In this document: piece after piece, positions 48,528-62,174 of the stretch
Position numbering within the stretch: position 1 is the stretch's first letter
Layout: each line of letters begins with the position of its first letter
Source of the DNA: Paraphysomonas bandaiensis
Taxonomy: Eukaryota > Protista > Chrysophyceae
Length of the DNA: 64,000 nt
Reading direction: 5' to 3'
Assembly (NCBI GenBank): GCA_965644295.1
Contig: CBFFRP010000108.1
Span: 1 to 64,000, forward strand
The notes under the pieces: model-generated
The model's database searches: none
What the model was told of the DNA's origin: nothing
The model's input: only the letters and a program-made list of their open reading frames with translations
Program-made: the position numbers and the translations under genes

Positions 48528-50309
48528 CTATCTGTTGAAGTGACCAAACACATACTTATTCCAGTCCCTTGATGTATCAATTCCACAATATTTACGTGGC
48601 GTGCGCTTCGTTCCTCTGCCACACCCTCCTACTTTATCGCAATCAAAAGGGAACAGGGGACGAGTGAAGTCTGTAATAACTGTTCGTAGTGAAGAGTGAG
48701 TGTACACTGATTAGGTATTGATAGTGAACCTACTTGTTTTCTCGGGAAATGCTTGTAGCAGAGGGCCAGTGGATTGCTCGTCAGCCACCCGTCGGATAAG
48801 ATTTCTCCAAAAAGAAATAGTCAGGCGCTCATATTCCCACTCATCCGCTCGGTATACAGCCTCAACGTATGCAGAGCGGATGACCTCTGGAGTTACTTCC
48901 GCGAAGTCATCTACAATAAGTGCCTAGTGTACAGCAGTCACTTACATCATCATCACAATAGCAAGACATACCGGCAACTTATAAAGGGTCCTATCCAATC
49001 CTAACCCTCGTTCTATCACTGGTATTGCTCTGTCCACACATAAATATGTAGAACACCGGTTAGCAGGTTTATGAACGCCATTGTACTAGCACATACCCCA
49101 TAACGAGAGTTTCCCAGAGACGGTACGTGTCGTAGCCTAGTCCGGGCATACACAACACAGCCACGGAGCGTCCCATCTTTGCAAAGAACATTGGCTCAGG
49201 CATACGTGAAGTTAGAATTTCCATCTTTCCCTCTGCGAAACAAGTAAAACAGTGTGGGCGCGTCTGAAAACAGAACGCACTCATATTCTTATCCACACAG
49301 TCTCGTATGGCGGGTCGTGCTCCATAGTTCGAACCCCCAGTCATTAGCAATGTCAGCTTCCTATTGAAAGAAGTTATTCATATGAAGTAAGCTTGTTGAC
49401 ACCAAGAGTACTAACCGTGAGGGCGGTGCAGTGGAATCCCCGCCACTAAGGAGTCTCCTTGCAGCAGCGGCCAATGGCTTAGGGGAGGCTACTCCTAACG
49501 GCATGCTGATGACCTTTGGATGAGATACCTGATTTTAAAAAAGTATGAGAAAATGAAATTCAACAAGAAGCATTACGTTATTGTGCTGGTTAACTACTAG
49601 CATCAGTAAGTTCGGATCATCCAAAAAATTCTGCATGACATCTTGAGGGAACTTGTTATTCTGCTTTGTTAGCCGCAGTCCCCAGCTGACAGTCCTGAGC
49701 AAAGCACATATGACTGTTATCTACACACGCGACTAGATCTGGTCCTTTCAAATACCGATTTAGAAAATTCGTGCTGAGCCACCCCCAGTTTTCATCCATA
49801 GCTCCGATGGCAACAATCTTTCTTGGCAAACGACCACTGAAGTCGGCGACATTGTGTGGGGAAAAGGCATTCCATGATTTTAGGGGTCCTTTATAGTTTT
49901 CCCTTTCAAACGTTCTCTTCCCGAAGTGAACTATTGGAGCACGAGATTTATTCGTAAATTGGTTTACAGCATCGAAGTCCATCCCATTGATCAGAAATAC
50001 GTCAGCAAGATGATGGTTCCATCTGAAGGCTCGATCAGGGCTATATAGATCCTGTATGCGCTTCACAGCTGTAAACACTTTATGAAGAAGAACTAGCTTC
50101 CCTTCGCACACTGTCCGCTGAGCCTCCATCCATTTCGTGGCATCAGAAGGCGCACTAAAGCCTAGAAAATGGCTAGATGATGGCATATCAACAGGCTGGC
50201 ATATATAAGAAGTAGTGTCTGTGGTGTCGCTAGCTATCGCCTGTGTTCCAACCACATGCAATAAAACGATGATACTCAGAGGTGCTTGAAATAGTCGCTG
50301 AGGAATCAT
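48528..50309 (-). CDS. Secreted/Golgi exostosin (GT47)-like glycosyltransferase, multi-exon
   Basis: Signal peptide at the N-terminus; 'HPKVISMPLG'; 'VLCMPGLGYDTYRLWETLVMG..PVIER'; 'LIVDDFAEVT'. Confidence 0.65.
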
Positions 50310-50777
50310 CTCCTCACTGATATGAGACGAAAGGGAATGAAATAATTAATAAAGAGTACGTTAAATGATATTAAATCTATCAGTCAGCACATAATACACC
50401 TTAGCTCTACCTGAAAGATTAATATATGGATAATAGCATTGGTTTGCCCACCCCACAATTACTCTTAAGCAGTGTGAAGTATCATATAGTAGATCAGCTG
50501 CTGTACGACAGCTGGAATGTATACCGTATACCGTATACCACCGTATATCAGACACTATGGATAGGGCATGGGACATGGAATACCAAGAATACGTCAAATA
50601 GGAATACTGTGGAGTTGTGAATAGGTTTTGAAGAATAAAATAAAATGAAGTGAAAGACAAAACAAGCAGTAAGCGAATTACAGCAAGAAGCACTCGGTCA
50701 TATTTATATGAACTGAACCAATCAGATCTGATATGATATAGCCGTGATCTCAGTTATTAGATACAGAGGTAATAGAG

Positions 50778-53700
50778 ATGAAGAGCCGAGTCCATAGCGC
50801 CTGGGCTTTGTGCGACCCACTCAGTAAAATATTTCTAGCTCCATGGATGTTTTGGCACCTTCAGCTCTATGCTAACCTCTCTCTCAGCCGCGCAATAACG
50901 ATCTATGGATTCATTCTATCTTTTATTGCTATTGGACACATATGTGGTGGCGGCATGTATTCCAGCTTGAAGCGTTTTCCGCCCACGAAGATAGCGGAGT
51001 GGTTTTGCTCTATATTGTCAATAACTTTTCTACTTCTCGGTATATCCTCCAATATATCCATGATTTTGCTATGCAGTTTATCTATTGGAATCTGTGCTGC
51101 TGTTCTGCGGAGTGCATCTAAGTCTGCAAGTGGAGATGCCGGTTCCCGTGTTGTCAATGCTGCAGGTCCTGTCAGTGATGATTACACTAGACTTGCTGGT
51201 GGAACCTATATATTTTGTCCATTGCTTTGCGGTTTAATGTACGACCCGACTATGACGCGTCAATGTCCAGCCATGATGCTCTGTGTGTCTGTTGCCCTTT
51301 TTTTTGCCGTCCTGGCTGCCCTATCATCAGGCAACACATTCTGTTGTAGAAAACGTAATTCTGGAAAGTTATTATCATCTATGGGGGGCGGTACAAGTCA
51401 AACACAGTTCACTCCGCAAACTGAACGGAAAAGTACTGTTGCAGTACCCGCGGCAGAGAACCTGGTGCCACCTCAGACCTTCATAGATATGTGTAGGGGT
51501 GACAAGGGGGCTGCTCAACGCAAATATTGGGAAACTCTGAAGTGGCGAGCTGATCACTCGGTAGATGATATTCTAGACATCCCCCAGGTAAATGGCATCT
51601 AGTTTGATAACAATTTCGTGTCCTAACTGATCTGTACAGGAATCTTTCCATGATATTATGCGCTACTATCCACATGCGTTGCAAGGTCGAACTCGCAGCG
51701 GTGCTGTTGTCTGCTATGAGGTTTTCTAAATTTCGTGTACATTCACCCTTGTGACGTAAATCTGTAGCAACTTGGGAAAGGAAACGCCAAGGAGCTTAAA
51801 GCTAGAGGTTCTAAGATCTGTTCGTAGCCGCTGCGTCACACTATTATATGCAGGAATTTCCCCTGAATCACTGCTTTGGCACTTCGTTTTACGAAACGAA
51901 TTCATTTTTAAGCGTTGTCGTAAGAATTTTCGGGACGGTGACCCTGTGGCGGAGCGTAGTGCAGAAGAAAATGGACAGGAAGGTGAACCAGCGACTCGGA
52001 TTATGACTGTATTAGATGTGAAGGGGATAAGCTTCTCTGATATGTCAACGGATGTGGTGAAGTATGATAATGAGTGTGTCGAGGTCATTAGTTATATGCG
52101 CTTTTTGGGTAGGTTTATCCAGATGTCTGCAGAGGTGATGGACTCCCACTTTCCTGGATGTGTGGAACGTCTTGTTTTATGCAACACGCCTGGTTGGTTC
52201 TTCTCGGTTTGGAATGTTGTGGCCAGGTACTGTGGTTGCGACAATATATCTAAAAGCGATAAACGTTTCAACTACTCAGAGTATTACCTGAATCTGTCAA
52301 GAAAAAAATAGTCACAATTAACTCCCTCAGCAAGCTTGACGAATACATTGACCCGGCCATGGTACTTTCTATGCTGTAATTATATCACGTTTTTGAAATA
52401 TGTCGTGGTTCAGCGTCCCTCTGAATACGCTGGCACTGGGTGTGATTTGAGAGAGAGTCATGATCATAAAGCATTACTGGCTGTCGCAGAGCAGTGGAAA
52501 GAGCAGAATATAGTTGGGCGTCAACTAGCGGGGCCGGGTGATGGTGAGAACCCTGATTGCGGGGAGAAACTACAACACTCAAGCAAATCCGATGAATCAA
52601 AGGGATGGATGTGGGGATGGTGGAATGGTAGTTCGAAGTCAAATTCTAAACCACAGGCATATTTAGGAGAATCTAACAGGTATGTGTCATTAGTATCCAT
52701 GGTGTGTACGAGTGGTTAATGGTGAGATATTTACTGTTGGTCGTCGATAGTGTGGTTCATCGATCAGCTTAATTCTCTACAGGTACCGCTATGATGCCGA
52801 GACAGGAGAATGGATTCTGGATAATGCTGATGATGGTTGCGACGAATGTGTCACATTTTCGAGCAATAGCTCCCGCTCAGGCGATTCTGACGAGGATACA
52901 GAGACAGGAAATGATTCAGACAGTGACAATCAAGAGTTCTTATCACGGTGGTTATTATGCTTATTGATTCGGCAGTGGTAATCATTTCGTTTGTTAACAG
53001 TTCTGGGAGAATGACGGTAGATCAAATTGAGGAGCATGGCCTCGTACTTGCCATACAAGCTGCGCATCATGCAGCCATGATACGGCAGCAACAATTACTT
53101 GGAAAAGCAATCGATACAAGGTCGGCTTCGACAATGAGTAGTAATATAAATTCCTCTTCCAAGGACAGCTCCTTACCATTGACTGGTGGAAGCAGCAATT
53201 ACTTTAAGGTCAGATATTTTATTTTGTTTCTGTTTAGTTTATTATTGCCGTAGGATGGTAGAGGGAAAAGGCTCATGAGTCGTGAAAGACATTCGAGGGA
53301 GAGTGCAGGAAATTTGTCCATGGGTACCGGAAACTCTCTTATGGGGGAGCCTGATGATGAAGTGGACGTCCCCACACAGCCTCTTGAGAAACCTTCTGCT
53401 GAGTTATTTTTAATGGGTGATGTTGTCTATTTTTATATAAAAGATGTTGCTGACATTCGTTTCAGCGATTGGTATGCATCTGGTATGTTGCATGCTCTTC
53501 GGAACTATATCAACTCTTCTTCCCATGTGGATGATTATACCCTCATCTAAAGGTAACTTTTTCTGTCAATATGATATTGTGTCGTCCTGATGCTCGTTGT
53601 GATTTGCCAAATATAGGAGGCTTGGGGTATGAGATAAAGGACTCCGCTGTCGTGCTGTCTATGGCTGGTGTGGTTGGTATGATTCTAAGTGCTAGTGAGG

Positions 53701-54605
53701 GACACAGAGCCAAGCTATCTCTCCGTGCTTTTCCTGTCAGAACACTAAGGTGAAAACCACCGTACCAGCAACTAAACTTTTGTTCTGACATTATGCCACA
53801 GGGTAGCGGTTGGTGCACTCGCTTTTTTTTGTTACTGTTTAGTTTTCTACGCCCACATTGATCGTTCCTCAGCATTTAATGTCAGCACACGAAACCACTT
53901 CTCTGATTTGGTTATGTGGTGTTGGTATTCTCTTATTGGGTCTCATGGCAGCTCTGATGAAAAGCATTCAAATTTCTTTCCGACACCATCTAGCAATCCA
54001 CTCACGGTATTGGTACCTGGTTTTCTCGTAGGAGTGATTTGTAAGTAGACTATTGTATGCGTTGTACGAATGACGTTGCTTGTGTGTAGTGTGTACTAGC
54101 TATATGAGTTGTCAGGCTTCTGCGCTGATTCTAAAGCACTCACTTGCCTCTGTTCTCACGTCTCCTGCGAAAGTAGAGCGATGTTTATGGGCCATAGCTG
54201 CTGTTCTGGTAAGTGTTATAGTTTTATTGTTCTACCATTGTGAAGACTAATGTCATATCGATGTAGACACCTTTTGGTGCAAGCTCCTTCTTTTTATGGA
54301 CTCATCGATTACGTCAAGAAAATGTGACCGACGATGCACTTTTTCTCTCGGTTGTTGCATGTGCAGCCCTTTTTGTCTACATATGTTCGTTGATGATATC
54401 CGTGAGGTTTCGGGGGGAGTTTGGAATCTTGAACGAATCTGTCACTGCAGAACAAAGTCAAGATGGCCTAGACTTCGCTGACGTAGTTAGTATTCCTCTG
54501 CAGGATATAAAACACATACGTGCACTGTATCCGACCGTGCATGGGAAAGATGACGCTCTCTCCACAAGACTTTTAAACCTAAAGCTAGATATGAAAGATG
54601 CATAG
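50778..54605 (+). CDS. MFS-like membrane protein with an embedded CRAL-TRIO (Sec14) domain, multi-exon
   Basis: N-terminal TM helices; CRAL-TRIO motifs 'AQRKYWETLKWR', 'RYYPHALQGR', 'MTVLDVKGIS', 'HFPGCVERLVLCNTPGWFFSVWNV', 'PSEYAGT'; then 'GGLGYEIKDSAVVLSMAG' and further TM exons. Confidence 0.7.
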
Positions 54606-55062
54606 TTCACATTCATTTTAATAAATACTATAATCAATGGAATTTTCACATTACCATTTTATCTTTTTAAATTACAGTTGCAGGAATATAGTTATTTTAC
54701 TCTTTCTATATTGAAGTCAAGTTTTCATATTTGTTGACTAGGGACGATTGTGATGTTGAGAGCTTATCTAGTATCCTCGTGATGTTGAGAGCTATTATCT
54801 CGTACGTATTACGTATAGCATGTAACATAGCAATAGCTACAACAATTGTGTCCCTATTCCAATATTGAGAGAATGACAACTGCGGGGAAATGAAATATAT
54901 CCATGACCATGCAAAATCGCAGTTACACGCGGCTTCTTTAGTTACTTGCACATCATCACATTTATGAACAGCTCGCTTAATTAACCCCTGCCAGTGAAGG
55001 TGACTTGGACGCTACCATCTATATCGGGAATGCAAAAGCAATAGAACCTGCTGTCTGCTGTA

Positions 55063-55530
55063 CCCTCAACAAAGTCGGACGCGCACATTTTTGTAGTGTT
55101 CTAGAGGATAAGTACCGGATATATTTCTCCGGGAAACTAACAAATGCTATATAAATAGTCAGCATATAATTTTCTGCCCACTCAAAACCAAATGCTTGTG
55201 CGGTACAAAAGGGACGCCAAGAAGTGTCACTTGTGTATACGTCTTTGGGATTTGACGAATAAACAGACATCCAGGAATGGGCCCACCTCAAGGGCATCCG
55301 GGGTATTGGGCTGCCTCCTGAAATCAAGCATTTGGGCTAGTAGTTCACCTCAAGAACAGGGAGCGAAAGTGATTGCACCTCAGTGCTTGCGGTGCTCACA
55401 AGCAGTTGTCGTAGCGTTAAATAGTAGGATGTAGGATATCAGAGTTAAGCACTAGTTAGTTAAATTGTTTTGGTACATTAGTTCTGACTCTTACACGCCT
55501 ATTGCTAAAAACCAGGCATTTACTACTAAC
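55063..55530 (+). mobile_element. Dispersed non-LTR-derived (SINE-like) repeat, copy 4
   Basis: Same 5' start 'ccctcaacaaagtcggac', relic frame 'LPTQNQMLVRYKRDAKKCHLC', tail 'cctattgcta...tactactaac'. Confidence 0.75.
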
Positions 55531-55909
55531 CCTCTGTATAGTTCTGTCACTCTTATGCCTATATACATATTCCATTTCAGTTAAAAGTGTAGTCTGCATT
55601 AACAATCATTGCGAATGTGTTGTCGACTACACAATGCCCTGTATAGATTTGTGGTGTCGGAAGTCCCCGGTAATTATATGAGGCATGCCATAAAAGGACT
55701 TGTAGATGATGCAATCCCGATAAGAACGAAGTGACCCAAATCCTGAGATTGTCACTGTTCCAAATTGCTTTGGTTATGTATTGTGCGAATGAAGTGAGTT
55801 ATTAGTGTGCAATAGGTGAAATCAATTCATAAGTGTAACAGTGGAAAATAGTTACAAAGGAATTAAACTCAGTTACATATGTAATACGTATGACTATATA
55901 AGTATGAGG

Positions 55910-56300
55910 TGATTGGTGAACAGTGAACATATTATTATAAACAGATGTTGCTGAAATCTGATGTTCATCAGATGTTATATAAATATGCTGTAAAGTGTAT
56001 AGATTACTGATTATAATTTCTTACTTGAAAGTGAAAGCAAGGTTAGGGTTTAATCGTAGAGCAAAGTCAATTACAGCGAAATGTCCATTTTATCATTCAT
56101 CACTATTCCATAAGTCTATTAGGAACTGTATCATTTGTGACGAGATCAGAGGTAGTGATCGTAGCATCAAAAGCGCTAATCCGGAAATACACCAAATCAC
56201 AACGACAAACGAAATCATCATTTCTGGCAAGGACATCGTGTCAGTAATTTAGTGGTAATATTCGATTTCACTACACTTTTCTTACACAGAAACTGAATTT
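55910..56300 (+). pseudogene. Very decayed copia RT/RNase H relic
   Basis: 55912-55986 is reverse-complement-similar to 25081-25150 of the second copia; 'ANPEIHQIT' resembles the NPxxHxRTK motif. Confidence 0.35.
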
Positions 56301-56483
56301 TGTAGTATGATATCATTATCGAGTTAACTGCTGCCAGCATAAAAGGTACTAATAGCTAGAATACGCCAACCACTATGCAGTTTGAAAAAATAACCAACAC
56401 GTGCCAAAAGATTTAATAGAAATATACATCATGACAAAGCAACTAATACTATACAACTTCGACCAATCGATGCTATTGGTGGA

Positions 56484-58107
56484 CTAAATCGTTTGAACAG
56501 CAGGCTTTAGATCAATTGTAACACCCTCTGATGAAATAGAATCTAAGTGAGCGTTGGATTCTGAAGTGTTTAGTTCTATAGTCACTTGAGAGTCGTCCAT
56601 GCTCGAGACACATGGAACATATTCACTCCACCATAGCGGTCTCACACCACTCTTAACTTTAAAAACAAGAATTACTAGACCAGTGAGAGCCACAACACTG
56701 ACGCACACAGCTATTACAGCCACCATATCGTTTCCAAGTCCTTTCGATTGGTGTACTGATTTCTTCGAAGATCCATACTCGTATACGCTGTACTCCGCTG
56801 CCATACCTCTCATTCTCAGAGACTCTTCCGTTGGGGCGACCAACCAAGAGCCTGGAGCATCAGTCATCATGTCCGCTATAGAATATCCTGTAGAGCTGAT
56901 CGAAAAAGAGCTACTCTCCGTGCCATCTGCATTCACAACAGTATGACCGTCCCACTTTACAGCCTCCGTGGCAGTGTTGACGGTGCTGCTAACAACTAAC
57001 CATCGCACCTTGCTATTGCCAGGGATATTGAGCCCATATTTGGAGTTCAGATTGCCGTATGTGTACCCATTTATACTGCGTCGAACTAGTGCATCCACAA
57101 CCGCTTGGTCTTTTCTCAGGTCAGAGGGATCGGTGCTCACATTATGTTGGGTGAGCATATTCCAACCCAAATAACTACGGACAGATGAGACAGCTCCAGG
57201 TTATCAGCAAAAAATACTCACTAGCTATCCGATTCCATAGTCTCAGCCAACAGCAATAACACCTCCTCGTCCACATCGCACGGAAAGGCCATACGCCGCT
57301 GTTCCTCAGAGGTAATATAGGCCGGGTCCGTCACTACTATAGCACCTAGCAAACCAGTCGCTACATCAGCCCCGTCCGCTATGTTACTGTGATATATCCA
57401 CAAGTTAGAAGAGAACTGGACTCCATCTCCAGGACCTTTACACGAGAGATGTATATGAGATTACGCAGAGTGGATACGGAAAACGTTCATCTACTGACCT
57501 GATGACTCGTGTGCCTCCCACTGATACACAGCTTCCTCACCGAAGCTTACACTTGCACCCTCCTGCATTCACATGTCACAATTTAACACAAAAACGAAGT
57601 GTTTAATTCTACCATATCATAGTGCAACCCATGCGGGTGTAAATTAAACACTGGTGCAGAATAGTTGACGTTGTTGCTGACACTAATTCCATCATAGAGT
57701 GTATTCGCATTGTTGAAAAAGTGCACGAATATAGTATCGCCAACGACAGCCCTTATAGTAGGACCCATAATACCATCCCGTATATCCTCAGTTTCTGCGC
57801 TGTTCCAATCACAAAACCCGCGAGATCTATCATAGGCAAACTCTCGCAGCAGCCCTTTACGAAAGATCTTGCCGATATTGGGATAGCTGCCATTTATTTC
57901 AGCCCGCGCATTGTCTTCTGACATGTTCAACAGGTCCGCATGACTATAGTTAGATGCCACTGCATAGTCCCAGTCCACATCCAGCAGAGCTATACAATAG
58001 TGACGGATGAGAGGCTCATAGTTCTGCATGCTACCGCACTTGGAGCCATAGCTCACAGACAGGACCACCAGCACACTCAATATAAAACAATGAACTGATT
58101 CGTGCAT
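56484..58107 (-). CDS. Type I membrane two-cupredoxin-domain protein (ceruloplasmin/hephaestin-like) with degenerate Cu sites
   Basis: Signal peptide, 'RHYCIALLDVDWDYA', 'GIMGPTIRAVVGDTIFVHFFN', 'LHPHG', 'WIYHSN..D..TGLLGAIVV', 'SINGYTYGNL', 'PGSWLV..GM', and a C-terminal TM helix. Confidence 0.8.
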
Positions 58108-58489
58108 TGAATGAACGGAGTAAACGTTTAACGGAGGAGTGTGCGAGACAGAGACGCTAATCACAATACACAGCAGCAGCAACCATCTCAGTGTGGAACA
58201 ATACACACATACATACATGCTGCCTCACTGTATGCATACATACAGATGTACTGTTTGATGGGTATGCATGTACATGTATGTATGTATGTACAGCAGTACG
58301 GAGTATGTTCAGGTACGCACAAACATACACGTATTCCGTATTCTAGGTACAGTACTCGTAGATATGGTGTGCGTATTTCGTATTGAGTATTCTATGGACT
58401 GATGGTTGGGTTGTATTGTATATGAAGTCGTGGTGTTGTCTGCTCTGAGGACACTCCCTCCTCATTAATACACTAATCCTCATATTAAT

Positions 58490-60127
58490 ATGAGTGGTAA
58501 TAATAGCGACTCTAATGCAGGTGTGGGGTGTACTAATAAGCCTCTATGGCGCTGGGTGATACCGTTCTTAACGAGCTCTCTGATATTCGTCAATCACTAC
58601 TGCAGAGACTCTGTGGGGGCTCTAGAGAAGCAGCTCGAGTCTGAGGTAGGGATCACTCCATCCCAGTATGGCACTCTGAACTCGCTCTACTTCTTGCCGA
58701 ATGTGATAACTCCACTGTTAGTTGGGACAGCAGCAGAGTCACTTGGAGGAGCACCCATGTGCTTGATGTGTGCTGTCCTTGTTGCTTCTTTGGGGCATGT
58801 CATATTCGCTTTTGCCGTTGAGATTAGCAGTGTGAATCTACTATTTGTGGGCCGTATTTTGGCGGGGTCTGTTTACGAAGTTATTGACTTTTTACCGATT
58901 GTATGCACTGGGGCCCTCTTCAAGGACGAATGGGGAACAATAGTTGGGGTAATGATATAAGTGAATGTTGTTATTCTTATCTAATTACTGGTTGCTATGA
59001 AGGCGACCAATGCATTTTTGCGATCGGGATCCGTTGCGACGTTTGTTATTTGCCCTCTCGTATACCACACTATGGGTCTCAAGCCTGCAATGTGGTTTTC
59101 AGCAGCGCTGGCTGCACTCTCCATTACGTTTTCGATGGGAGCGTATGTGTTAATTCGTAAATTGTCGGAGCTCTACGCTGCGTCTCCTCCGTGCTCAGAA
59201 GATAGCCCTAAACCTGTTGCCTCTCCGGAAAAGTCTGCAGCTGGGTTCATGTCCTCACCCGTTTCCGCTTACGCTCGGCGAAGGACGGCTTCCGAATTGT
59301 CAGCTGCCTCTGACGGAAGTCTGCATACGGAGGGTGAGAGCAGCTCCCTGCTTTCGCTAGAGCCATTTCGTCGCCTTTCGTACACTTACTACCTGTATAT
59401 GGGTGCTGGACTCTTCCTCTATGGCTCAATGGTACCTTTTTGGTTTACTGGAAGCAAGTACTTGCAGGAGTACTATGGCATGTCTGTGCAGGCGGCTGAC
59501 GGGCTGCTGCTAATACCAGAAGGATCCATAATCGTTCTCAGCTTCCCGCTAGGATATTTGCTAGACAATCACCTTTCCTCTGCCCCTTTGAGACTTGCCT
59601 CCCTCGGTCTCTCCACACTACTTCTGCCTGTGGGGTACTGTATGCTAATGTTAGGGGGGGTGTATGCGGAACCTGTGGAGGGTGGGGAAGAGGCAATACC
59701 TCGGGCGTACCCCCTTCTCGCTATGCTTTTCTTAGGGCTTGGATACGGCATATCGAATTGCATGTACTGGACCTCCTTGATGCAGATTGTTCCAGAGGAG
59801 CTTATAGGTCCAGCGAGCGGACTGATCGCGAGCTCTCTGAATGTGATGCCAGCTGTGGTACCTGTAGTATCTTCTCTCCAGGTATCCTTTACTTCTAGTG
59901 GAAACTGGAACCTAATTGTACTGACGGTACTTGGCGTCGCCTCTACATCCTGCGCAATGATGGCATCAAATAGGATCGCCGCCTCTCCATTTGAAGGAGG
60001 TGGCAATGATGATACAATGATCACGGAGCTGTCTGAGAGGGAACGTTTGGTCCCTAGAAACAGTGATATAGAGTCGAGTAAACCTAACTACGAAGCTACT
60101 TCAAACTACCCCCAGGACAACAAATAA
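58490..60127 (+). CDS. MFS transporter, MFSD1-like, 2 exons
   Basis: About 12 hydrophobic segments; 'HYCRDSVGALEKQL..QYGTLNSLYFLPNVITPLLVG'; 'LFVGRILAG'; acidic-dileucine-like 'ERERLV' in the tail. Confidence 0.8.
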
Positions 60128-62174
60128 ATATTAATAGGTTTCGAATAGATGTTACTATCTCCCTGTTTTTTGCAATATGGTTGCATTGGAAAGTTTGTAT
60201 ATCTTTGCTACTAAATGTGTTTCATGCTTTAAGTTTTAATGATGCGGTAAGCTTCTAAAAATTTATTAGTTTGGTATCGCCGCTAAGCTTCTGCAATATG
60301 TGTGTAGTTTTTCTTGGCGAAGCACTGCCCTATAGTAGCTGTGCCGTAAGCACATACCTTTTGCAAAGATGATACGCGGGTATAATTTTTAGGTACAGCG
60401 AACTTCAGACAATGCATTTAGTCTTTAGCAAGTAGTTTAATCTGTCTCCATATCCTCACCTTCATTTAAGATCTTATCCCCATTTCGTCTCAAAAAAGCT
60501 TTTTTTGGCCTGATTTGGGCTCAGCAGTGCGCTCATATCAGCACCGGGCCAATATTCAACTTCAATATTCGGTTCAACAGAAGCTCTCTCTTCTATATCT
60601 ATCTTATAATATTGAGAGTCATTTGTACGTGATTTCATTAATTACAAAATTGTAGAGAAACCACAATCATGAGCTAGCTATCCAAAGCTGATCGTCACTC
60701 CAAGAGCCAAGAGTTGTATTCCATCCCTCGTCTCAGCTCCTGTAGAAGTTCATAATGTCGTCAGTACAAGCGTGCAAATGATGTATCTTCATAACCAGAA
60801 CTTTGAAACAACTTCAAGATTATTTCAGGAGAGTTTAAGTGTAATATCTGATGCTGTATAGGTGGTAAAGGGCAGTGGCATCATTCAGTACTTTCAGGGT
60901 TTTGGTTACATTGTGCTTATCATGATATTGTGTGCCTCATATCGTACATACAGCATTCAATTAGGTGCACTTGAAGATAGGTTAAGCGTATTGTATATAT
61001 AAATGTGATGATGATGTTAATTAAGGAAATAAGAAGCCTTTATTGCGACTACAACTGTTCACATTTTCATCATCACACTTATGTACGAATATCAACACCT
61101 CACTGTAGCTTTTCACTCAGTACTCTTCTGTGGTAAGAGTGCATTTGTTGTAGCTATTATATATAGAAATTTGGGGGTTTATTAATTGAGTTGTTGATCT
61201 ATAGTGCATACACACTATATATACCATTGATTTGTTTCCTTAGTGTTAATCACAGGAAACACCTATTTCTTCTTACAACAAGCAAGCTACTAATAGAATC
61301 TAATATGGAAACATCATGAGGGCTTTTCGCCGTCCTCTCAAAATTTTGAGCGTGGGACGATATAGCCCCCTTATTTTTGCCCGTGGTTAAATATAACTGA
61401 AGGGAACGACATTAGTATACTCCTTATTCCTGACATTTTTTGTATGGTATATATGACAAGAAACTGGAATGTAATCATTAATCATGCGGTACACTTTAGA
61501 TTAATGCTTCTTAGGGTCTTAGGTCTTAGGGATGATGTGTAAATTGATTGTAAGCATGATCTCTAAAACCACAAATTTTAATTAAGACAGTCACTTTGAA
61601 CTTCTTTAGTAGAAATATAATAATTAGATAATTAGAGTATTTTATTCATTACTCAATCGAGATCGATTTTTCTTCTTAATTTTGACTTGCACATGATCAG
61701 ATATCTACTATAATACTATAATATTTGGAGGGTGATTACGAAACTCACTCTCGTCTCTCCCCTACTAGTCATTTAGAGTAGCGTTCTGAGCCTGCTATGT
61801 TGCAGCATCGCTCTGCAAGTTAGGAATATTGTTTAAATCTGTCTTGGAATGCATCTAAACCTTCAAACGTTACTGTCAATAGAGTGATTGTATAGTTTCG
61901 CTTGTTTGAAATACATCAATTCGTTTGGGGGATGAAAAACGCCCTCCTCTACTCCTCTCTTTACTTTTTATCAAATCAAAATACATGTAAAACGATGTAA
62001 ACGAACTATTTATATTAATTGGTTTACCAAAGTAACACTACCGATTCCAGTCATCACACTAATCGTATAGTTATCTTGCAACACAACTCCCCACATTTGT
62101 ATGAAATCAAGTAAGCAGTTGTGTTCATCGCGGTGTGCAATATATATGATGGTTGGAAGTGATAAAGCTATTCT

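Noticed and set aside
61320-61368. Imperfect inverted repeat in the 60-62 kb intergenic region
   Set aside because: Single copy, many mismatches, no TSD or recognisable RNA family.
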